Shown here piece by piece: positions 1 to 12,200 of a stretch of 64,000 nucleotides of DNA (position 1 is the stretch's first letter; every line of letters begins with the position of its first letter). Position numbers and translations under genes: made by a program. The DNA is from Marsupella aquatica (taxonomy: Eukaryota > Plantae > Marchantiophyta), in contig OZ316897.1 in the NCBI GenBank assembly GCA_973895155.1, positions 8,951,832-9,015,831 on the forward strand, read 5' to 3'. Under the pieces are notes generated by a model. The model saw only the letters and a list, made by a program, of their open reading frames with translations, ran no database searches and had not been told where the DNA came from.

Positions 1-2935
1 TGTCGTTATGCCTAACCAAAAGATGCCGCTGACTTAACCGCCTCGTGCGGCGCCTGCTTCTACCCTTCACTAACCACCCCTTACGTGTGTGCAATGGTTG
101 GACCAGGGCTGGTCCCCTTGTCGGGGCGAGACCTCGAGCCGCCTTGATTAGAGGTGGGCCCAGGTTTTCCCCGCTGGAGGACGAGCAGGGTGACGCGGTC
201 CTACAAAGCCTTGTTGTCCCGTACTGCTTCCTCCGCCTCGTTTGCAGCTTCATCGGCTTCAGTCTGGAGCCGCGCCACCTCCAAGTTGAGCTGGTCGATG
301 GCGTCGCGATGGACCTGGTCCTGCGCTAGCAATTTATCTCGTTCGGCGGAGAGACCAGCCACCTGCTGTGCTGCCTGCATGAATTGTTTGTTGAGCTCGG
401 TCAGGCTGGTAACCCGAGCCGAAGATTCTGAGCGTAATTGAAGCACGGTGTCATCCAGCTTCTTGAGTTCGGCTTGCGCTCCGCTTAATTCCTGGGTTAG
501 TCCGTCCCTCTGTTCGACAGTGCGGACTAAATCCTCACGGCGGGTCGTTGCCTCCTCCTCGAGGTGCTCTACCAGCATCTGGAGACGCCCGATCTCATTC
601 CCCTTCGCCATGAGTTCTTCTTCCAAGCGGCTGACGATCCGTGGTTGGTGCTCTAACATGAAGAAGGCTGGCTGGAAGTACGCCGAGACTTGTTGTCCGA
701 TGTATGTCGCCAGCTCCCCAGACATAGTCTGGCTAAACTTCTGGACCAGGTCGTAGGCCATGGTCCCCGGGGCTACTTGGTAGTCCTCCATCCTCTCGGG
801 TACCGGTGGTTCCTCGGCAGGGGCAATGAGCTCCTCCGTAGTCAGCGCTGGGGAGGGGAAGGTTTCTTCAGGTGGTGGAGGGATTGGGGGTGGTTGTACT
901 GCAAGTAGCGGAGGCTCAACGGAAGGAGGCGATGGAATTTCCACAGGGGGCGGTTGCGGAGTATTAGTCGGGGCTTCCGGCTTGGGGTTTGCCCAAGGGA
1001 CGGTAGTCCACGTAGTCGGGGTTGCCTCCTTTGGGGCGGGGGTGACATTACCCGGGGCTGAGGTGGCCATATTCTTTCCTCTGGCCTCCCGCCGTGCCTT
1101 GTACCAGGCGAGGATAATGGCGATATGACTTCCCAAGTAAGTCTTCCCTCCAATAGCCATACCACCCTGAGCCCGCTTCAGCTCCCCCGAGAATCTTTGG
1201 TAGAAGAATTGGGCCCAGTTTCGTCGTTTGCACTGTTCCACCTGCACGATCGTGCAGAGGGAAATCTCGGATCGTGGCTCAATCATGTGTAGGGTAGTCC
1301 GTATGAAGTTAAGTCGCTCCATACAGGTTAAGTTGGTGCACGCCCCCTGCTTGTATCCGTTGTCCGTCTTACCCTCGGGTTTGAAGTGCCGCGGCGTATA
1401 CTCCTTATCCCAAATTCGGATTTCCACCGGCACCGGCCCGGTTGGTAGGCAGAAAATTTGCGTTAACCGATGCTCCGTGAGTGATAAGGCCTGCCCCGAA
1501 ACCTTGGTGGTCAACGCATCAGTGTCAAAATTGGAGATGAACTCACAAATCTCCTTCGGCCAGGCGGCGCACGGCCTCCATAGCAAGTGGGCGAACCGCT
1601 CCAACTGATGCTCCTTGAGATAGTCAGCATGTTCGAGTTTCTTGATCGCGATCCAGACTACCTTGGGGACGCGGATTACCTGTAATAAGTTGGACTTCGG
1701 GTTATCCGGGGGCCGTCGGGTCTGGTTGGTCGGGGGGTTTGCCGGGGCAGGTGCAGGCGCGGCGTCGGTCCGTGTTGATTTGGAGGCCGTCGTAGTCCTT
1801 GGCCGCTTACAAGGACGCTGTTCGAGTTGTGAACTAGCTTGCTGGGAACCCAAAGAACACTCCGTGTTGATTACTGGACAGACTTGGGACTGGTTCGGCG
1901 GTACTCCGGTGGTCATCGGTTGAGGCACTGGGGTAGCCATATCCCAGTTGAAGGCGTTGGAGCTTTCCCCGAGGAACGTGAGATTATGCGCCGCTTCCCG
2001 TTGTCTGCTGATGTCTTCTTGGCGCTTTTTGGCTGCGATCTGCTGGTCTAGGTACCCCGAAATCTTGTCGAACTTCGCTTGAGTAAGCCGCTGGTTGCCC
2101 TTCAGCTTAAAGAACTTAGCTGGAACCTCAAGAATCGCCTCTGTTACCAATCTAAGCCCTTCCTCGCTAAGATATAGTTCGGTGATGTAGTCTCGCAGCT
2201 CGTTGTAGCTAGAATCCCTGGTGATGGCTGTTCTTTCGCAATTAACCAGTGCTACCTTGGTTACCAGCTTTGCGTACCTTTGTTCATAAGCGGCTTTCTC
2301 GGGGCAAGAGTACCAGTAAGTCTCGGAGAACTTAGCACCTACCTTGCTAAACAAGGTCCAAAATCCCAAGGCTGTGAGGGTCATACTAACCTCGTAGTCC
2401 GGTTCGTTGTGTCCGCGTTCCCACCTGGCTGGTCCTTTTTTGCGGAGGCCTCGCTCGTCCTGACTAAATCTCGCCACATTCCGCTCTTCTCCCTCGATAA
2501 TCTCCTCGTAAAGGTCGACTGGATTCAATCAAAATGGCGAGCGGATGGCAGCGTCCGCGAATTCCAAAAAGGTAAATATGAGCGAATGGCCCGCAGTGCC
2601 ATCGGCTCCTCTCTTATGGGGGTGCCAGGACGAGCCCGAGCGTGAGAAGGTCAGGTCGTTTGGTCATTGATAACGAGTTGAAGTTGGCGCCTCGGTCCAA
2701 GCGTGGTTCTTCTAACTGATTTTTACTCCGCCGCCGCCACCGTACCTCGGTCGTGCGTAATAATCCCTTTCCTGAACTCGTAATTATTCGGTTATCTTAA
2801 CCTACTCCTAATCTAATCATAATGGCAACTTGACGGCTATACGTGCTATTCTACGCTATGGCTACGGTCCTAATGACCGTATAAGTCCTAATCTATGACC
2901 TGGGTTCGGTCAAGTGACACGTTACCCGTGTCACA
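1..2935. mobile_element. Terminal part of a probable LTR retrotransposon inserted into the CACTA transposase
   Basis: GC/CpG-rich block ending abruptly in ...CCGTGTCACA (2935; LTR-like CA end). The DUF4216 frame resumes immediately after it (GGG CTC ATC ACT GTA TTT GAG = GLITVFEQ, in frame with ORF 2987). The other end and gag-pol are outside the window. Confidence 0.5.
201..2528 (-). CDS. Retrotransposon accessory (antisense-type) ORF: plant-transposon-protein-like central domain, Pro-rich linker, C-terminal coiled coil
   Basis: Uninterrupted 775-codon frame; the annotated start is TTG and the first in-frame ATG is near codon 49. EICEFISNFD...SLTEHRLTQIFCLP...NWAQFFY...YLGSHIAII resembles accessory ORFs of Ty3/gypsy elements. 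Heptad-rich C-terminus. Confidence 0.6.
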   Translation of the reverse strand: MNPVDLYEEIIEGEERNVARFSQDERGLRKKGPARWERGHNEPDYEVSMTLTALGFWTLFSKVGAKFSETYWYSCPEKAAYEQRYAKLVTKVALVNCERTAITRDSSYNELRDYITELYLSEEGLRLVTEAILEVPAKFFKLKGNQRLTQAKFDKISGYLDQQIAAKKRQEDISRQREAAHNLTFLGESSNAFNWDMATPVPQPMTTGVPPNQSQVCPVINTECSLGSQQASSQLEQRPCKRPRTTTASKSTRTDAAPAPAPANPPTNQTRRPPDNPKSNLLQVIRVPKVVWIAIKKLEHADYLKEHQLERFAHLLWRPCAAWPKEICEFISNFDTDALTTKVSGQALSLTEHRLTQIFCLPTGPVPVEIRIWDKEYTPRHFKPEGKTDNGYKQGACTNLTCMERLNFIRTTLHMIEPRSEISLCTIVQVEQCKRRNWAQFFYQRFSGELKRAQGGMAIGGKTYLGSHIAIILAWYKARREARGKNMATSAPGNVTPAPKEATPTTWTTVPWANPKPEAPTNTPQPPPVEIPSPPSVEPPLLAVQPPPIPPPPEETFPSPALTTEELIAPAEEPPVPERMEDYQVAPGTMAYDLVQKFSQTMSGELATYIGQQVSAYFQPAFFMLEHQPRIVSRLEEELMAKGNEIGRLQMLVEHLEEEATTRREDLVRTVEQRDGLTQELSGAQAELKKLDDTVLQLRSESSARVTSLTELNKQFMQAAQQVAGLSAERDKLLAQDQVHRDAIDQLNLEVARLQTEADEAANEAEEAVRDNKAL

Positions 2936-3460
2936 GGGCTCATCACTGTATTTGAGCAACAGAGCCACAATCACGACAGGGCCTGGATGGAGATGGGATA
3001 TGTGGGAGAATTAGTTGACATATGGGCTCTGGACTATGGGGCGGTGTCCAGTCCTGTGATTCTTATGAAAGGTTCATGGATGCGGCAGGATTGGCTTGGT
3101 AATAGGGCTACCATGAAGAGATACAACGATGATTTCTTGCTGGCCAATTTCAAAGGGAAATTGCCCAAATGGTCTGAGCCATTTGTGTTTCCCAGTCAGG
3201 TGGAGCAAGCTTTCTTCCTGGATGTGGAAGACTCCCCAGGTTGGCGTGTAGTGTGTCATAAACAGGCCAGGCAACGTCGGATGGAAGGATCAAACCTTGA
3301 GTTTCATTTACACTCTCATAGTGCCTTTGATCGTCGACGTTCAGACCAAGTGCCTATAGTTCATGATAGCGGGGACTTCATTCCTGTGACAAGGGTAGAT
3401 GCATTTGCTGAAGGAGGCGAATTCAGAGATGCAGATGCCAACAGTGTGCCTGTGCCATGA
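2936..3460 (+). pseudogene. CACTA TnpD/Tnp2 transposase C-terminus (DUF4216-like), interrupted upstream by the retroelement
   Basis: YVGELVDIWALDYG...VILMKGSW...EPFVFPSQVEQAFFLD...GWRVV matches the En/Spm DUF4216 pattern (EPF...Q..QVFY..D....W.VV). Confidence 0.8.
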
Positions 3461-3939
3461 GTAATGTGAATTGTTTGCATGGACATTAGTGAGGGGATGT
3501 GTAATAAAGTAATTTTGAAGCAACACAGATGTATGGATGGATGCCTGGTGATTGTGGTTGCATTGTGTTATACGGGGTGACCATAGATGACATGTTTTTG
3601 TGGTCCAGTAGGATGGAACAGAGTGACACAGAGATGTGTGAGTATGAAAGGAAAGCTATGGAACAATGAGCATACGTGAAAGCCAAAATTGCAGAACTGG
3701 ATCTGGAAAAGGATGTGGCTGAATTGTAAGGGAATGATTCTCAACTACACCCCTCCGCTGAGTTTGTGTGACATGAATAGTTCAATGTGGCTCTGAAATT
3801 GTGACTGTATTCTCATATTGGAATGTCGTAGAGCAGCAGGTTTTCAAAGAAACAAAAGGAGTACGCAAGAAGGGTGACCAGCACTATCTCTAGGCCTGTG
3901 CGTCGGAGTGACAGGTTGAGCAAGAAGGTCGTACCTACA

Positions 3940-4365
3940 ATGGCAGAATGTGGAGATGACATGGATGCTGCGCAAGTGTGTGCAGACACTAGACAAGAAG
4001 ATGCAGATGATGAGTATTTTCCAGAGGAAATGGATGAGGATGGGGGTTATGAAGATGAATACATTGCAGAGCAACCCCAAAAGAAACAAGTAAGTAGTTT
4101 TCCCAACAAGCTAGGTTTAGAGTTAAAAACTCTTGTTGAGAGGTTTCATATGTTCAGTACTACACCCTATGTACCTTGCTTAGTTCCTGACATTGTAGTT
4201 GGTGATGTGATGCAGCGTCCTGCCAGTTCTGTTTTGCCTGCAAAGCCTGTGCATGCACCATACCAGCAGGGGGGCTGACCTTTGATCAAGGTTGGCGAGG
4301 TGGTAGTAGTGGTAGATCCCAGGCTGGTGTCCAATACTATGGCAGGGGGCAAGCTCTAGGTTATG
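3940..4365 (+). pseudogene. 5' exons of the CACTA TnpA-like accessory gene
   Basis: Acidic exon (MAECGDDMD...QPQKKQ|GTAAGT), then a Gly-rich exon (GWRGGSSGRSQAGVQYYGRGQALGY) cut by the nested element. Removing the insert restores a GTGAGT donor. Confidence 0.5.
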
Positions 4366-6385
4366 CCCGTGGTAGAGGCAGAGCAGGCCCAAACCCACAG
4401 TCCCTGGGCCCTTAGATTAACTAATACGGGACCCCCGTGTGAACAACTCAAGGGGGTTTTTAATCCCATTTTCAACTAATTGTTATAATTGTTATAATCT
4501 AAGAAGCCCCTATTTAATGATGTTTTTTATTATAATCAATGTAGGGGTTATTAAAAAAAATATCCCAAGTCGCATTTCACAAGGGTATGTAATATGGGCT
4601 TGCCACACGTCAACACCGGATTGGTACAGGATGTTGTAGAGTGGACATGGTTTAATATGTGCCCAAATACGTGCCTATAATAAGCACACTTTTGGAAAAT
4701 TTAATAGACGGCAGAGATTTCTTTTATGGGTATCGAGCGCTCTAGATCGAGGGAGTGTTTGAAGTGATGTGCTAGGGAGTGTTTGAACATGATGTTGGGG
4801 ATGCTAGCGCCTTCTTGGAAGACTGATGTTGGCGCCACTTTGAAGGGACAAAGAAGAGCGTTCTTGGAAGGAAGACCGCACTGCTTTGGAAGGTAGGGGA
4901 TGGTCCTCGTATTTACTTCTCTAAGTGTCTGTCAATAGTTTCCTTTCCCAGGCTTTGTCGTCAATAGTGGATTCACAATCTTAGACTTCCCTTTGGTAGA
5001 TTGTTCCGTTCAACATCTTTTCTTGCAGTTGTCTTGGATCTTTCTTTATTTAGCATCGTTCTTGATCAACTGCTCTTGTGCCTCATGATTTGCGCTGGCT
5101 GATCTCAAAATGCGATTAGAGAATTTTTAGTATTCTAAATTTTGGTGATTGATTTTCATGCCTGGATTGTAGTTTGGAGGGGTCTATGTTCTATCTCGAT
5201 TTTATGTACGCGTCTGAACTTCTACCAGTCTGATGATGATGTCGCCATTTATATAACACACATTATTTAGAAGAAGAGCTTGACTCAATTGTGGCAGCGC
5301 GGCTATGTCACCAAGCAATGGAGTTTGTGGTTGTGTGCACTGTTCAAGCAGATTGTCGTCTCAGGTTTTTGCTCAAATGCATTTCATAAAACCTGCAAGG
5401 TCCGGGACTTGCAATCAATGCAGTGAATGGTAGATAGTCACTGGGAAAGAGCGACGCTCCGGCTTGAGGTTCTGAGTCTGACAGGGCGCCATTATGATTT
5501 CAATTTATTTGTTGATCGATCTGGAAGCCCTCCATAGCGGGATCCCTTGATTTCCATTTGATTGTTGTAATAGGCTCGGCTCCATGTGTTTGCAAATATA
5601 TAATGTGAAGGACATGATTTGGTGCTGACATCGTTTATATAGGAGGGAAGTGTATGGCCATCAACTTCGGAGCTACCCAATGGGAAGACCTTCAAGATGA
5701 GCACGGATCTGGCATGACAACTTCCCGGATGTGTTAATACTGATTGTAAAGCCCCGGGTAAAGCCCCTGCAGATTTTCCACGGTCAAACAGGTATTGATT
5801 GTGAGGTGCAAGGCGAGCTGGAGGAGATATCGACACCTTTTGTGAACAAGCGTTTCCACATTGCTGAGGTAATGCCACCTATGAACTGTTCTTAGCTTCT
5901 CCTGCAATTCTTCAGCTTTCTTGGAAGCATTCTCTATTGAGAGTCGTTCTTCTTGTACTGCATTCCCTTGCAAAAACTCTTCTTTGTGCCCAGCCTTAGC
6001 CGTTTCTGAGGTTTCGTCGACTCCTCGCCTTTCTCTGCCTATTTTGATCGTAGATGATCTTGTTCCAGTTTGCTTTTGACTACCGTACGTAGCCCCTGCA
6101 AAGTGCACATTGTTTTTTGAGTTTTGTTGCTACTGTCAAGAACCTGTTGATGCTCAAATACAACGGCGGACATGGGCAAAAGGAATTGACTTTAGTTGTT
6201 TACAGATTTTCTAATAACAAACTTGGGCTGCCGGCACAAATGGAAGCAAAGCATTGAGATTAGAGAGATTCCAGTGCCATGCCCAACTCAGAAACTGAGT
6301 TCTTTCGAATAAAAATGACCAGGTTTTCTTGAGCCACAGGTGAAGTCTCAATTCTTTAATGAATTAAAAATGCCCACAAAATCAA

Positions 6386-6885
6386 ATGGCTATCAATCCT
6401 CATCAAAGATTTTGGTCCGTTTGAGGGGCATCACAGAAGTGTACTAATTGTTTCTTGTGTTGATGCTACTATATTGGGCTACAGTAGAACCGGAATTGGC
6501 ACGCGCGTTATCGAATGAGGAGTATCCCGTCCTTGTGTTTTCCACAACATTTGTCACTGAGTCGGTGTTGATTTATGCCTGGTCATCAATACTACACAAT
6601 GCTCACAGGCGGAGCTGAAGCTACAGCCATGTGTGATGTGGGTACTATCCCAGCCGTCGGACCCCCAACCTCCGCAAGGCTGTTGCTCGGCTTTAGCTAG
6701 TGTGGAGCAGCAATACTGGACGTGCTTCTGTCTGCTTACCTTCTACCCCCCAAGTGCTCTCAATCGATCCCTTCAAGTCCAGGCTCCAAGGCGTTGTAAC
6801 GTTATGACTGATCTTTGCCAAAAATGCCCCCGTTTGCTGACGGCCCTACCCTCTAGGCAAGCGTTCCCTGATGACCCTACTTGCG
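6386..6885 (+). pseudogene. Non-specific lipid transfer protein-like (8-Cys motif) gene fragment, transposon cargo
   Basis: TTQCSQAELKLQPCVMWV...PPQGCCSAL...WTCFCLL...PRRCNVMTDLCQKC gives C,C,CC,CxC,C,C. A signal-peptide-like stretch (LFLVLMLLYWATVEPELARA) lies upstream in a shifted frame. Confidence 0.65.
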
Positions 6886-9289
6886 GTACGTATGTCTCCT
6901 GGCTAGACCTCTCTTTATTTGACATTTTTACTTGCCAAAGCATTTGTCGTCCTACATTTGTTATAATCATGTCTACTTGTTCTTTGGTGTTCTTCGCAAC
7001 AGATTTCCACCCTTAGTCGTAGAATTTTGTTAAGAACACTTTGAAAGTTTACCTTTGCGCTTGAATGGAGAGGAAGTTTTCTGGAAAGGATTGCCTCCGC
7101 GCAACAGTAATTGAATGCTCTTAAGTCATCCCAGTCCGAGCACACTTCACCTCAACCAACGATAGCAAACAAATTTGCAGGCGGGTACTTACACTAGTCT
7201 AGTTAAGTCAGGTGTCAACCATGGCAGTCATCAAAATCAGCAGTCTAGGAAGACAAGATTGCGAGTTTTGACTGTACACAATTTCCTTGCAGAACTGCCG
7301 TATGGAGCTAAGCCTGGAAGGGATTGAGAAGATAGGAATAGATCGAAGAGCAGGGTCCATGAAATAATTTTCTCACTGTGGAAGTTCAACTTTCACGTCC
7401 GCCTGTGTGGGGTCCAATCAATCCACGGCTCCAATCCGCCACTTATGCCACCCAATCCTGGAAGAAATTGATGGCCCATTCTCGGTAACTTCCAGTTCGA
7501 TTGTTCTTCTCGAGCTCCTTTCAAGCGCCGACTGAAGTTGTCTTGCGGCTTTGAGCGCTCTCACCCAATCCGAGAATTGAGAAATCTAACCTGTCGATGG
7601 CGCATCGTACCAACTTGGCATTCTCCATTTCTCAAAAGAGGGCGAGAACCAGGGCAAGGATGGAAGTACAGCAGGCAGCAACAGTAGTAGTAGTACTTTG
7701 GCAGGCAGCTTATCAATGAATTTGTTCAAGAGTTCAAGCTTTCCGAGCTTGCTCACTCGATGGGCAGCTGGGATCAGCTTAGCGGATATTGCGAGCGAGT
7801 GATCAGTGATGAATTGTGCTTCCATGAATCATCATCAACTTACTTGGGCAACTGCATCAGTGATGAATAAGTGAGTGAGTGAGTATTTGCAAGGCTCTTA
7901 AATTAACGGTTCTACGGACTCTCTACCTATGGTTATCTTCGTAGATATGCCGTGTCCATGCACTATGGAGGACAATACACGGTTGGTCCATTTTGGTTGT
8001 AAAAATACTAGACTGACTAGGCTGGCAGACTGTAGACTACTGTACCGGCAGCGTCTCCCTATTGTCTCCCTTATTGCCCCCGGTTTATTTATGGGCATTG
8101 TAAAGCTGTTAAATGGTAGTTGGATTGCTATACTAGATATTTTACAAAATCTTTGTCATTGCCTTGCAGGATTTTGTAACCTTGAAGGAGAGCTGCTATC
8201 TAGAGGACGGGAGCTTGCTCTGGGATTCTCGCTTGTGGCAAGTTCCCATTGCATCAGTTGATTAAGTAATTGAATTCTTGCTCGAGTTTTTTCTAGAAGG
8301 GGTTGCCTCAGTTTTCTTGTTGTTTAAGTGTGTACTAAAATGTAACTTGCATCTAATGCTTCTAGAATCTCTCGACATTACTTTTTAATATCTTTTCTTT
8401 GATGTTGTTCATGTGGTTAGCAGTTGCTATGTAGTAAAATCTGGTTGGGTGTTCAACAGAGTACTTGGAACAGGGCCAGAGAGGTTAGTGGTCACCTATT
8501 AATCTCCATTTTTTTGCTATCTCATTTTTCTTCCTTGCATTTTGAACTTGAGTACGTATGGGCTTTAACGACAGGGTATGTTGGCATTTGGCAAATTATG
8601 GTAAGAGTAGATAGATATGTTCTTTATGTTTTCCTTTCAGTTTTGTCTTTCTGCTATTGCAAGTGTGGGTTTGCAAGTTTCTTGAATTCAAGTGAGACCC
8701 CAGGGAAGTAATGCCCCTGGTGGAGACTACTGGATTTTATCACCAGTTGTCTAGTGCTCCTTGAAGGAGAGGCAGGTTGCCTGGGAGAGGGGGGGGCCTT
8801 GGATTTGATCACCAATGGCAATGAGATTTAGAGCCAGTCATACAGTTTGGGTGGTCCAAGGTGTATGCTCTAAGTCAGAACTTTTTGAGTGAGTCAATGA
8901 ATTAATTTACAGGGCACACCATGTTGGAGGAGAGGGATTGGAGTGGAGGGTTTGGCCCCGACTGCACATGTCTAGCACAATTGGACATTTGCAGATCCCA
9001 TACCTTCTTGTGCTTACATTGAAGCAAGAGTCCTTGCCAGCAAAGGGTACGTCCCTTCCCACCCGACTATAGTCGGAGAAAGCTGCATGGATCTTACCAG
9101 CCAATCACTAGGAGAAATGGCCGGGATGGGGCAAGGCTCTCTTGGGATTGGTCCTGTGAATATGGTCTTCAAATCATTGGGTTCTCTTTAGGTCTGTGTC
9201 TATAGAAAACATTCTCTTTCAATGGAAAGCCTATCCCATGAAACAATTTCAGGATGATGTTGATTGTTTTTTTTGTGAAATTTTTGCAG

Positions 9290-12200
9290 ACTTGACTAAA
9301 TGCCCTCAGCAACTGTTTTTCGATTGGACAATGTGTCTGTGGATCCTAAACCTGTAGGATCCATTAGTTACAAGATTGATGACACATTTGCCGATGCCAG
9401 ATTGAAGCTAGAGACTCTGTGTCTCTTTAAATTTGAGTTTCAGTTTTACGATATGAATCTCAATAGTCGAATGGAGGTGGAATGGGAAAAAGCCCATATC
9501 ATAGATGAATGTGGGAAGAAAATCATTGTTATTCCCAAATATGAATTTGAGGATGGAGGTGAAGATCAACCTCTCTTAGACAGCAAAGCTTCCAATGGTC
9601 TCTCATCCACTTTAAGCTTGTCGGTGGATGACCTTGTCATGGCAGGTCCACCACTAGACCAGCCAATTATGGAAAGTCCACCTATTGTGGACATTGAAAC
9701 CCCAGAGGTAGAGACTGATCCTCAAGCAAGTTTCAAGTCTTCATGTATAACAAAAGATCTTGCCAAGGTCTGGCAAACACAAGTGGAGAAATTGAGGGAT
9801 CACATGAAACTCATTCAATGTGAGGATCATCAATGGAAGGTGAACACATGGGACATTGAGAATGTGGCATGTGGGAAGATAGAATGTTGTGAATGTGATG
9901 TTCGTGTGGAAGGTGCCTCAAAGTCAGGTAGCATGGACAGAGCCAACATTACTAATGCTTTCACCAACTTCAAGAACAAGCATTTGATCACACCCAAGCA
10001 TACCAGGAATGTTGCCAAAAACAGAGGTCAAAGATTGGACTCTGTATAGATAAGTCGTCGAGCTGCAGCATCTGCATTGAGTGATAAAGCCACTCTTGAA
10101 CAACATGTTCAAATAGTGGAATCTGTGAATGATTCACACTCTGTTGGACAGAAAACTTTCAAAATTATTGGTGATATCAATAGAGAGCTAGTGGAGTTGC
10201 ACAAGTTCAAATTGTTCTACATTAATATTTTCTGCTGTGAACATATGGTGATGATACCCAAACAACGGAATCTGGAGGCCAATCTCCAGGCTCACTGTGT
10301 GGGAGTCAATCATTTAAATGCAGTTTCTAAAAGCCAAAGAGTGAGTAGCAATATTCCTATTCTCTCAGGCTGTGCAGGACGACCACGTCAGGCTGATAAG
10401 AGGGATAAACGTCAAAAAACCATTCAGGGGTTTCTAACTGTCAAGGAGAGTCAACGGGGTTCTAGCAGTGCCTTTGGCCTATCATTGTCCGATAAAGGCA
10501 AAGGTAATAATGATGACCTCTCCTTGTTGTGTTGGGGACTATGGCAAAGTGAGTGGGTATATGGCAACCAGTCCAGGCCTATCAAGAATATCCTTAAAGA
10601 TCAACATAAAGAAGACTGTCTATGGTATTCAGAGCCCCTAGTGAAGGCTAAAGTGTGGTGTGAGGAGATCAATGAAATTTGTGTCATTGAAGGTCTGTTC
10701 AAACATAAATCGTGTACCAGAATATCAAGGCTTGGTGGTGGGTTTATAAAGTTGACTTGTGACCATTGTTTCACCATACCTAGTCTAACAGACTTTAGAT
10801 TACGGGTGTTCAGAGAGGTAACTGCAGTTGAGAAAAGAGGTGAAAGAGCGACAGGTCAAGGTAGGCGGATAGATTACCTTACAACTGAGGAGGTCCAAGA
10901 GCAAGAAAGAAATATCATAGAATTGTCAAGAAGGAGAGAAAACTAGCAAGGAGGTTTCAGCACCGTTTGCTGATGCTCACAGCCAAAGAACCATCTTTGA
11001 AAGAGATATGTAAGGAGGCAATTAACAGGAAGGACATAATGAAATTCTGTAATTCCATTGTTCAAGCACACAAGAAAGGGGCTTTTGGAGGTAGGCAAGC
11101 ATTATGGGATATGCTTCAAGATGTTGCTTCTAACTTGAACTGAAGCAAGGCAGGCCACCGATGGAGGAAAGGAACAAAGCTCCTATGCCAAGCATTGTTT
11201 CTACATGGTGGCAGACGGGTAGTAGACTGTCTCCAGACAAATGGTTTGGGTCCTAGTTTGAACACTCTACAAAGAGACAAGCGTGGCATGTTTGTCTTCC
11301 GTGCTGGCATGCATGCCTCACAATTCAAGTTCATTGCTCAGGTTTACTCAAAACTGAAGAGTCAACTTGGAATATTTGGGCCTATTCCTTGCTATCTGGC
11401 AGAGGATGAAACCTGTGTGAAAAAGACAGTCAGGTGGCAGCCTAAGGATGATACACTTATTGGGTTTTGTGGGAAAAAAGACAATCATACTTGTGGTGTT
11501 GGCGTGGCAATAAAAGTGGATGAGGGTGAAACTGGTTTCAATAACATAACAGAGGCCTTTGACACTAATGTTGTAGGGCACCAAGCTAGGTGCATTATGG
11601 TAAATCCTTTGTGTGACAAGTTTCCTTGTCTCTGTGCCATGGGCATTGGTACATGTGGTCAATTTACTGCTGATTATGTCAGGCAGCAATGGATTGAATT
11701 GCAGTCAATGTGGGCCACTCATTACTTGGAGGCTGTTGGACCTCTGTTAGGCCATGCTAGTGATGGGGACTCAAGAAGAAGGAAATTAATGATAGAAGAC
11801 TACACTGGGAGAGGAATTCCAGGCCCTAGACAAAATCTTAGGTGGGAAGGATGGTTACTAACCCACTCCATGATCACTGTTGGAGTAACCTCTCATGCTT
11901 ATGGGCTCCATGATCAAGATTTTATTCACAATGGAAAGAAACTTGTAAATCCATTGGATTCAATCAAGAGAGTGATGAAGTTAGGGGCAGAAGTGGCTGC
12001 TTTTAGTCACATAAACCATGTGTATGAATTATATGATGTCAAAGATCATGCAATGAATCATGAGGATGTTCTAAGGTCAGACAGGCAAAATTGGACTAGT
12101 GCCCAACAACTTTGTAGTCAAAAACTCATCAATACACTCTTCATGTTACAAAATTGACCACATGTCAGACAAGAGATGACTCTTGGCTCAGAACTTTATT

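Noticed and set aside
1-10. TG at base 1 as the start of a solo LTR ending at 2935
   Set aside because: The window edge is arbitrary, the TSD cannot be seen, and the inverted match is only 3 bp.
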